Of a stretch of 12,048 nucleotides of DNA, positions 1 through 6,733 are shown piece after piece. The stretch comes from an uncultured archaeon (lineage in GTDB: Archaea; Asgardarchaeota; Lokiarchaeia; Sigyniarchaeales; SOKP01). The stretch covers positions 1 through 12,048 of the forward strand of contig CAZBPC010000096.1 of assembly GCA_964493715.1 (NCBI GenBank), written 5' to 3'. The translations under genes and the position numbers were made by a program. The notes below the pieces were generated by a model, which was not told the DNA's origin, did not search any database, and worked only from the letters and a program-made list of their open reading frames with translations. Position 1 is the stretch's first letter. Each line of letters starts with the position of its first letter.

Positions 1-95
1 TGTTCTTATTAAATAACTATTTATTTCTAAAAATGTAAAAGATATATATATAAATTTTGATAATTATACTTAAGAGAAAATATAATGTGAGTATT

Positions 96-488
96 ATGGA
101 ATTAGAAAGTATAAATCTTGACGGACAGTTAAGCCAAGCAAATGAATTCTTAATCAGTCAGGAGAATGATAAGGCAATAAAGTATTTAAATAAGGTAGTA
201 GATGATGATCCAACCCTGGAAAATGCGTGGTTGCTCTTAGGCATTGCTAAACGACGAATCGGAGAATTTAGCGATGCTATTGAATGTTTTAAAACTGTAA
301 CTGAGTTAAAGCCCTCAACAGAAGAAGCTTGGGGTTTATATACAGTAACACTTTTAGATATAGGGAATTTTTCTGCTGCAGAAGCAGTTATAGAAGAGGC
401 ATGCAAATTAAATCCTACTAACGAAAAGATTAGATTTTATCAAGAAAATTTAATACGTATATATAAGAAATTCGGACCTTTCTTTTAA
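96..488 (+). CDS. Tetratricopeptide repeat (TPR) protein
   Basis: About three TPR units (KAIKYLNKVVDDDP; AWLLLGIAKRRIGEFSDAIECFKTVTELKP; AWGLYTVTLLDIGNFSAAEAVIEEACKLNP). The ORF is open from TTG 57, but ATG 96 is preferred because a TATA-like run lies at ~42-54. Confidence 0.85.
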   Translation: MELESINLDGQLSQANEFLISQENDKAIKYLNKVVDDDPTLENAWLLLGIAKRRIGEFSDAIECFKTVTELKPSTEEAWGLYTVTLLDIGNFSAAEAVIEEACKLNPTNEKIRFYQENLIRIYKKFGPFF

Positions 489-504
489 AGAATCATAATT
501 CGGG

Positions 505-756
505 TTAAAAAAACTCGGGATGTTTTCTTTCTATATTATTCAATGTAGAAACTAAATCAAATAGGAGTTTTTCATTTCGGTATTCATTAATAGTTTCAGA
601 TAGTTTATCTAAAATTTCATTTGCAAGTTTTAAATCATTCTTAGTATAGTTATATGATTTGTTTTTGAAGATCATATCAAACTCCTCTTCAAACCAAATT
701 AATTTTTGTTTGAATTCTTTCTTAATGAGATTTTGATCATCAATTTTAAGATTCAA
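505..756 (-). CDS. Small helical hypothetical protein (83 aa)
   Basis: TTG start with a strong SD (GGAGGAG, 768-762 on the minus strand) 5 nt upstream. Amphipathic helical pattern; fills the gap convergent with the TPR gene. Confidence 0.8.
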   Translation of the reverse strand: MNLKIDDQNLIKKEFKQKLIWFEEEFDMIFKNKSYNYTKNDLKLANEILDKLSETINEYRNEKLLFDLVSTLNNIERKHPEFF

Positions 757-817
757 GATATCTCCTCCAATACCTCAACCACTGCCAAGAACGACTAAAA
801 TACTCTTGAACTAACAT
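746..817 (-). CDS. Putative Trp/aromatic-rich upstream sORF (MLVQEYFSRSWQWLRYWRRYLES, 23 aa)
   Basis: ATG at 817 to TAA at 748-746, translated by hand. It overlaps the SD and TTG start of the 83-aa gene. Translation is not demonstrated. Confidence 0.3.
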   Translation of the reverse strand: MLVQEYFSRSWQWLRYWRRYLES

Positions 818-823
818 TATAAT

Positions 824-928
824 TTAACCACCTTTATTTAAACCTATTCATAATCCCACCATTTCTATTTAGTACCGGGAAAAAAAGGACTTTTATTTGT
901 ATATTGAATTATATATTTGGGTGGTTAA
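824..928. promoter_or_regulatory. Divergent promoter region; each TATA-like box is followed by GGTGGTTAA
   Basis: Minus strand: TTTAAATA (842-835) then GGTGGTTAA (832-824). Plus strand: TTATATAT (909-916) then GGTGGTTAA (920-928). Confidence 0.5.
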
Positions 929-1116
929 TTCATTTAAAAAAGGGGATAGAGTGATGATTTTTTTATGTCGAATTAAATTGGCACCTTTTTTGCTTAATAA
1001 TTCAATACGGACTAAAATGTCCTAAAATCTATCGAATAACAAGAAGAATTGGTCTCCACTTTGTTTAATAATTTAAAAGACCTCATTTAATTAAGAATAC
1101 TTTTTATTTTCATAAT

Positions 1117-1350
1117 TTGGTGATGGCAATTAATGAAGATGGAACGACATTTGATAAATTAGATTTGGTAAAAAGATACTTTTCACGAATTTTTAATACA
1201 CTATCTAAAGAAGTAAGAGAACAACTTTTAGCACTAGATTTGAGCAAAGAAGAAGAAAAAGAAATTAAAAAAGAATTGGCATTTTTACCTGAAAATAAGC
1301 AGAAGCTCTTCTTAAAAGAACTAAAATCAGAAAAACGTCGAAAAAAATAA
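1117..1350 (+). CDS. Small charged helical hypothetical protein (75-77 aa)
   Basis: Tandem possible starts TTG-GTG-ATG (1117-1125). Protein-like composition, with the helical motif LSKEVREQLLALDLSKEEEKEIKKELAFLPENKQKLFLKEL. Confidence 0.75.
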   Translation: MVMAINEDGTTFDKLDLVKRYFSRIFNTLSKEVREQLLALDLSKEEEKEIKKELAFLPENKQKLFLKELKSEKRRKK

Positions 1351-1511
1351 TTAAAATTAGAGAATTGTCAAATATTATTGATTAGTTCCTTCAGCACTTA
1401 AAAATCAATAAGATATCAGAATAAGTTAAATTCCCTCTTCTGATTATCATGGAACAATAACAAATTTTTTATTAATAATTTCTTTTCAATTCTTAAGATT
1501 ATAAATAATAG

Positions 1512-1525
1512 TGTTTGATCAAACA
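1512..1525. promoter_or_regulatory. Perfect 14-bp palindrome TGTTTGATCAAACA, candidate operator of hdrCBA
   Basis: Self-complementary sequence immediately upstream of a BRE/TATA-like element (AAAAAG-TATTATAC, 1530-1543), ~80 nt before the hdrC ATG. Confidence 0.5.
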
Positions 1526-1603
1526 AGTCAAAAAGTATTATACATACTTTTTTTCTAATTTTACCAATCAAATCAATAACTAGAAAAAAGATTTGAAAGC
1601 ATA

Positions 1604-2212
1604 ATGAGTGAAAATGTAGAAAAGTACATAAAGCGTAAAGTTTACAAGGGCACGAATTCAAGAATTGCCGAAAAATTCGTAGATGCTGGACTTGAAAAGA
1701 TTAGGGCTTGTATAAACTGTGGCACGTGCTCTGGTTCTTGTCCATCGGGAAGAAGAACCGCTATCCGCACGCGATCCATCATACGACGAGCTCTGACAGG
1801 AGATGAATCTGTATTAGAAGATATAGATATCTGGTTGTGCTCAACTTGTTATTATTGCTATGAGAGATGCCCAAGAGACATCCCCGTCACGGATATGATT
1901 ATAAAATTGAGAAATATTGCGGTAGAAGAAGGACACATATTAGATCCTCACTTTAGTTTAGCTAATGATATTTTTTGGGTCACAGGTCATGGTGTACCTG
2001 CCAATGGGGAAGCAAATAAGAAATGGCAAGATCTGAGAGTATCTTTCGGCTTACCTCCCTTACCCCCTACAGTTCACATGCATCCAGAAGCGGTTAAAGA
2101 GTGCCAAGATTTAATGGAATCGGTCGGTTTTAGAAAATTAATGGATAATATTGAAGAAAAAAAAGCCAAAGAAAAAGCTGAAGCTGAAAAAGAAAAAAAG
2201 GCGGAGGAATAA
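1604..2212 (+). CDS. hdrC: CoB-CoM heterodisulfide reductase subunit C
   Basis: Two [4Fe-4S] motifs (CINCGTCSGSCPSGR; IWLCSTCYYCYERCPR), the HdrC-typical TGHGVP and LPPLPPTVH segments, and position before hdrB. Confidence 0.96.
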   Translation: MSENVEKYIKRKVYKGTNSRIAEKFVDAGLEKIRACINCGTCSGSCPSGRRTAIRTRSIIRRALTGDESVLEDIDIWLCSTCYYCYERCPRDIPVTDMIIKLRNIAVEEGHILDPHFSLANDIFWVTGHGVPANGEANKKWQDLRVSFGLPPLPPTVHMHPEAVKECQDLMESVGFRKLMDNIEEKKAKEKAEAEKEKKAEE

Positions 2213-2217
2213 CAAAA

Positions 2218-3168
2218 ATGAATGAAAAGAAGGACTTAAAATATGGTTTCTTTTTAGGTTGTGTTGCGCCAAATAGATATCCCATGATTGAAGCTTCAAT
2301 AAGGGCAGTCTTCGAACACCTAGGAGCAGAACTTTATGAATTAGAAGGGGCATCTTGTTGTCCCGCTCCTGGGGTTTTTCGCGCATTTCATATTCCAACA
2401 TGGCTTGTAATTGCTGCTCGTAACATTACACTTGCTGAAGAATTAGGGGTAGACATAGTTACAGGATGTAATGGGTGTTATGGAACTCTAAGAGACGCAT
2501 GGTATGAACTTGAGCATGAACCAGAGTTAAAGAAAATGGTGAATGAACATCTTGCCAAGGTCGGTAGAAAATACAAGGGTAGCATTGAACCGAAACATGT
2601 CGTTCAAGTATTATATCAAGACATGGGAATTGATTACTTGAAGGGTTTTGTAAAACATAAATTTTCGGACCTAAAAGTGGCTGTCCATTATGGATGCCAT
2701 ATCGTAAAGCCAAGTGATAAAAGACCGTGGGGAGGAGAATATGAATGTCCTACATTTCTTGATGAAATTGTTGAACTTACGGGTGCTAAAAGCATAGATT
2801 ATAAAGATAAATTCATGTGTTGTGGAGCTGGAGGCGCAGTTAGAACTGCAGTTAAGGAGGTTGCTGCTGATTTCTCTAGAGAGAAATTAAAAAACATTCG
2901 AGATGCGGGTTGCGATATTATCATTGATTGTTGTCCATTTTGTCATCTCCAACTAGATTTAGGGCAAATGGAAGCAAATAGTGTATATAAAGATATGATT
3001 GGAGAACCATATAAAATTCCAGTTGTTTACATTACTCAATTGCTTGGTTTAGCATTCGGAATAGATCCAAACCGTCTTGGTCTTGTAAAAAATCACAATT
3101 TAACAGGAGTTTCCCCCTTCATACCTGTAGAACCATTTTTAAAAAAAGTAAAGGAACAACTCACTTAG
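2218..3168 (+). CDS. hdrB: CoB-CoM heterodisulfide reductase subunit B
   Basis: Two CCG domains (FLGC...GASCCPAPG...GCNGC; HYGCH...CCGAGG...CCPFCHLQLD). SD GGAGG at 2203-2207. Confidence 0.97.
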   Translation: MNEKKDLKYGFFLGCVAPNRYPMIEASIRAVFEHLGAELYELEGASCCPAPGVFRAFHIPTWLVIAARNITLAEELGVDIVTGCNGCYGTLRDAWYELEHEPELKKMVNEHLAKVGRKYKGSIEPKHVVQVLYQDMGIDYLKGFVKHKFSDLKVAVHYGCHIVKPSDKRPWGGEYECPTFLDEIVELTGAKSIDYKDKFMCCGAGGAVRTAVKEVAADFSREKLKNIRDAGCDIIIDCCPFCHLQLDLGQMEANSVYKDMIGEPYKIPVVYITQLLGLAFGIDPNRLGLVKNHNLTGVSPFIPVEPFLKKVKEQLT

Positions 3169-3178
3169 GAGGATTATC

Positions 3179-5197
3179 ATGACAGAAACAGAAAAACAAA
3201 TAAAGGTAACGGGTAAAGAAAGACCCAAAATTGGAGTGTATGTTTGTCACTGCGGTATTAATATAGCAGGGGTCGTAGATGTTTATAAATTAAAAGATTA
3301 TGCATTGAGTCTTCCAGATGTCGTTCTTGCCCGCGAATATAAATTCATGTGTAGTGATAATGGACAATCACTCATTAAGGATGATATTGAAGCGGGTTTG
3401 ATAAATAGAGTAGTCGTCGCGGCATGTTCCCCACGAATGCATGAACCCACTTTTAGAATCACGTGTAAAGAAGCAGGATTGAATCCATTCCTATTCGAAC
3501 AAGCTAATATTAGGGAACACGCAACGTGGGTTAACATGAATGATTCTGAAGGCGCTTATGAAATTGCACAAGACCACATCAGAATGGCAGTTGCGAAAGC
3601 AAGGATGTTATTACCTTTAGAAGTTCAACGAGTTAGTGTAGAACCCTCATGCTTAATCATTGGAGCAGGAATCGCTGGAATGAATTCTGCTTTAGATCTA
3701 GCCAAAGAAGGATACAAAGTCTATTTAGTAGAAAAAACTCCGACCATAGGTGGTCACATGGCCCAACTTGATAAAACCTTCCCTACCATGGACTGTTCAG
3801 CCTGCATTATCACACCACGAATGGTTGATGTTGCTCGAGAAAAAAATATTGAACTTCTTACATATTCAGAAGTAGTAGATGTCGCTGGTTATGTAGGCAA
3901 TTTTGAAGTTACCATCAAGAAAAAACCACATTACGTGGATCAAGAAGCGTGTACCGGATGTGGTGCGTGTGTTGAGTCTTGTCCGGTTTCTGTTGGGAAT
4001 GAATTTGAACTTGGAATGGCCCCTAGAAAAGCCATATACATTCCATTCCCCCAAGCGGTTCCAGGACAATACACCATTGATATGGAGAATTGCATTCAAT
4101 GCGGGATTTGCGCACGTCCAGACGTTTGCGAACCAGACGCAATTCGATACGATGATAAACCAGAATTTCTTAAAGTTAAAGTAGGCACTATCATCATTGC
4201 TACAGGATGGGACCCTTATGATCCAACTCCACTCAAGCAATATGGATATGGTCGATATCCTAATGTTATTACAGCGTTTCAGATGGAACGATTATTAAGT
4301 TCATATGGACCTGTATTGGGAAAACCAGTCAGACCTTCGGATCTCAAGGCCCCGCACAGCATTGCCTTTCTACAATGTGTTGGAAGTAGAAACTTTAGAG
4401 AGGGTGGAAATAATTATTGTTCACGGGTTTGTTGCATGTATGCAACAAAGCAAGCCAGGCAATACAAGGAAAAACATCCTGAAAGTGATGTTTATATATT
4501 CTACATGGATATTCGAGCGTTTGGAAGAGGATATGAAGAGTTTTATGAATCTGCTGCCGAAAACTACGGAATAAATTATATTAGAGGAAGAATTGCTGAA
4601 GTTTCGGAAGATAAAGATCATAACATTATAATTCGAGCTGAAGACACGTTAATGCAAACACCAATCGAAGTGAAAGTCGAAATGTTCATTTTATCGGTGG
4701 GTCTTGAAGCAGTTGCTAATGCTGCAGATATAGCTTCTTTGTTAAGTGTCCAGAGATCTGCAGATGGATTTTTCATGGAAGCACATCCTAAACTACGTCC
4801 TGTAGATACATTAACAGATGGAATTTTCATCGCAGGTGTTGCGCAAGGACCGAAAGATATCCCAGATACGGTCGCGCAAGCGAAAGGAGCAGCCTCTAGT
4901 GCAGCAGTTTTGATGTCTCAAGGAGAAGTTGAGATTGAACCTTATTATTCAGTAGTATTAGATCATCTCTGTTCCGGATGTCGTAGTTGTCAATCTTTAT
5001 GTCCTTTTGGAGCTATTGACTTTGATGAATTTAGGAAAGTTGCTATAGTAAATCCAGCACTTTGTAAGGGATGTGGTACTTGCGTTTCAGCATGTCCCTC
5101 AGGTGCGATGGTTCAAAACCACTTTGCAGATTTTCAATTAAACTCAATGATTAATGTAGCCATAAAACAATCCTCCGTTGAAAATGGAGGCAAATAA
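3179..5197 (+). CDS. hdrA: Heterodisulfide reductase flavoprotein subunit A
   Basis: IGVYVCHCG N-terminus, AACSPR, FAD-binding IGAGIAG, LDKTFPTMDCSAC, inserted ferredoxin domain (CTGCGACVESCP; CIQCGIC...C), QCVGSR...YCSRVCCMYATK, HPKLRPVD and a C-terminal 2x[4Fe-4S] ferredoxin. SD GGAGG at 3168-3172. Confidence 0.98.
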   Translation: MTETEKQIKVTGKERPKIGVYVCHCGINIAGVVDVYKLKDYALSLPDVVLAREYKFMCSDNGQSLIKDDIEAGLINRVVVAACSPRMHEPTFRITCKEAGLNPFLFEQANIREHATWVNMNDSEGAYEIAQDHIRMAVAKARMLLPLEVQRVSVEPSCLIIGAGIAGMNSALDLAKEGYKVYLVEKTPTIGGHMAQLDKTFPTMDCSACIITPRMVDVAREKNIELLTYSEVVDVAGYVGNFEVTIKKKPHYVDQEACTGCGACVESCPVSVGNEFELGMAPRKAIYIPFPQAVPGQYTIDMENCIQCGICARPDVCEPDAIRYDDKPEFLKVKVGTIIIATGWDPYDPTPLKQYGYGRYPNVITAFQMERLLSSYGPVLGKPVRPSDLKAPHSIAFLQCVGSRNFREGGNNYCSRVCCMYATKQARQYKEKHPESDVYIFYMDIRAFGRGYEEFYESAAENYGINYIRGRIAEVSEDKDHNIIIRAEDTLMQTPIEVKVEMFILSVGLEAVANAADIASLLSVQRSADGFFMEAHPKLRPVDTLTDGIFIAGVAQGPKDIPDTVAQAKGAASSAAVLMSQGEVEIEPYYSVVLDHLCSGCRSCQSLCPFGAIDFDEFRKVAIVNPALCKGCGTCVSACPSGAMVQNHFADFQLNSMINVAIKQSSVENGGK

Positions 5198-5220
5198 AAA
5201 ATTTTCCTTCTTTTTTAATT
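5172..5220 (+). terminator. Putative terminator of the hdr operon
   Basis: Short hairpin CCTCCGTT-gaa-AATGGAGG (5172-5190) at the end of hdrA, followed by a pyrimidine/oligo-T tract TTTTCCTTCTTTTTT (5202-5216). Confidence 0.5.
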
Positions 5221-5279
5221 TCTATAATAAAATTTATCTAATCCAAGCCTTTTTCTAATTCAATCTAAAGTATTCCAAG

Positions 5280-5912
5280 TTGAAGAGCTTTTTGATAAGG
5301 AACATTATTTTTGATATAGGAAACGTGCTTCTGTCATTTAAGCCAGAGGAATTTTTATTAAGATTTACTGAAGATCAAGATCTAATTCGATTTTTCATCC
5401 AAAACATTATTAGATCTAAAACGTGGTTAAAATTAGATCGAGGTAGTATTTCCGTTGAATCAGCTCGATATGAATTTTTGGAGCAATTTCCAGAAAAAGA
5501 CACAATTATTAATTTGTTTTTTGAAGTTTGGACGGAAATTTTAATCCCGATTCAAGAAAATGTCCAAATTCTTAAAGATCTTAAGAAAAATGGGTACAAT
5601 TGCTATTATTTATCAAATTTCATTGAAGAAGCTTATTGGATTGTGATTAAGAAATTTGATTTCTTTTCATTTTTCAACGGAGGGATAATATCTTCGCTAG
5701 TTAAGCTAATCAAACCAGAAAGCGAAATTTATTCATGTTTGTTAAAAAAATATGAGTTAAAGCCCGAAGAGTGCCTTTTTATTGATGATGTTATTGGTTT
5801 CTTGCGTCCTGCGAAAAGATTAGGCTTCATGACCATTCATTACACACCAGAATCTGATTTAAGACAAGAATTAAATAATTTGGGAATATTAATCAAATCA
5901 GAGAGAAAATAA
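5280..5912 (+). CDS. HAD-superfamily hydrolase (YihX-like phosphatase)
   Basis: Motif I IIFDIGNVL, motif II LSN, motif III KP and motif IV FIDD. Confidence 0.92.
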   Translation: MKSFLIRNIIFDIGNVLLSFKPEEFLLRFTEDQDLIRFFIQNIIRSKTWLKLDRGSISVESARYEFLEQFPEKDTIINLFFEVWTEILIPIQENVQILKDLKKNGYNCYYLSNFIEEAYWIVIKKFDFFSFFNGGIISSLVKLIKPESEIYSCLLKKYELKPEECLFIDDVIGFLRPAKRLGFMTIHYTPESDLRQELNNLGILIKSERK

Positions 5913-6541
5913 TGTTGGATCACTGGTTATCAAACTCCAAGTTTAAGGAATCTTATGAAGTATTTGTACAAAAATTATTTAAAAACAAAATTTCAGCTAA
6001 TCAATTAACTATTATTGGTTTGATCATCGGATTACTTAGCGCATTTTTGATATTTTTAAGTGGGATAATTCAAGATTATTTTTTTCAATATTATTTAAGC
6101 TCAATCATATTAATGGGTGTATCATTCGTTTTCGATACCTTTGATGGTCCCATAGCGCGATCAGAAGGTTCAACCGAGTTTGGTGGTGTTTTAGATATTT
6201 TTTGCGATCGCCTTGTTGAAGTATCAATAATTATAGCGTTTGTGAGTACAGATCCAATCAAGTTAATTTATCCGGGTTTGGCGAGTCTAGGAGCAATGGT
6301 TTTATGTATCTCAATGTTCCTACTTTCAGGTATTTTAACGAATGTTCATGAAAGAGAAAAATCTTGTAAGGTCATTCCTTATAGAAAAGGGTTCATGGAA
6401 AGGTCTGAAACTTTTATATTTTTTCTTTTAATTGATATTTCATTTTCTGTACGGCTAATCCTAATATGGATCCTTGCTTTATTCATATTGATAACTGCTC
6501 TTTTACGCTTAATTGAAGCAAATCGAATTTTTAATAGGTAA
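5912..6541 (+). CDS. CDP-alcohol phosphatidyltransferase family membrane protein
   Basis: Signature DxxDGxxAR...GxxxDxxxD (DTFDGPIARSEGSTEFGGVLDIFCD), ANQLT motif and several hydrophobic helices. TAATG overlap with the HAD gene. Confidence 0.93.
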   Translation: MLDHWLSNSKFKESYEVFVQKLFKNKISANQLTIIGLIIGLLSAFLIFLSGIIQDYFFQYYLSSIILMGVSFVFDTFDGPIARSEGSTEFGGVLDIFCDRLVEVSIIIAFVSTDPIKLIYPGLASLGAMVLCISMFLLSGILTNVHEREKSCKVIPYRKGFMERSETFIFFLLIDISFSVRLILIWILALFILITALLRLIEANRIFNR

Positions 6542-6733
6542 ACAAGTCATATCTCATGCTATTTAGGTAATACCAATTTATTTGATAGTAGTGAAATTAT
6601 TTATCTCATTTAAGAAATTATTAACGTTTAAAAAAATACTGATTGGTTCAATCCTTTGGATTTATAGAGAAATAGATATATGTAATATTTTTAAATGATA
6701 ATCTTTTAAAACTCAAAGAGGATTATTATTTCT

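Noticed and set aside
951-1022. Box C-like GTGATGA suggesting a C/D box sRNA
   Set aside because: No CTGA box D or D' at a suitable distance downstream.
2152-2209. Repetitive GAAAAA tract at the end of hdrC
   Set aside because: It encodes a low-complexity Glu/Lys/Ala tail and is not a DNA repeat element.
1604-5197. Visibly higher GC in the hdr operon as evidence of horizontal transfer
   Set aside because: Cys/Gly/Ala/Pro-rich conserved proteins and expression bias can explain it, and no mobility signatures flank the operon.
5198-5279. Hidden Sec-containing mvhD or a SECIS element after hdrA
   Set aside because: The gap is only 82 nt with no start codon or MvhD-like sequence, no AUGA/GA core is visible, and hdrA has no in-frame TGA.
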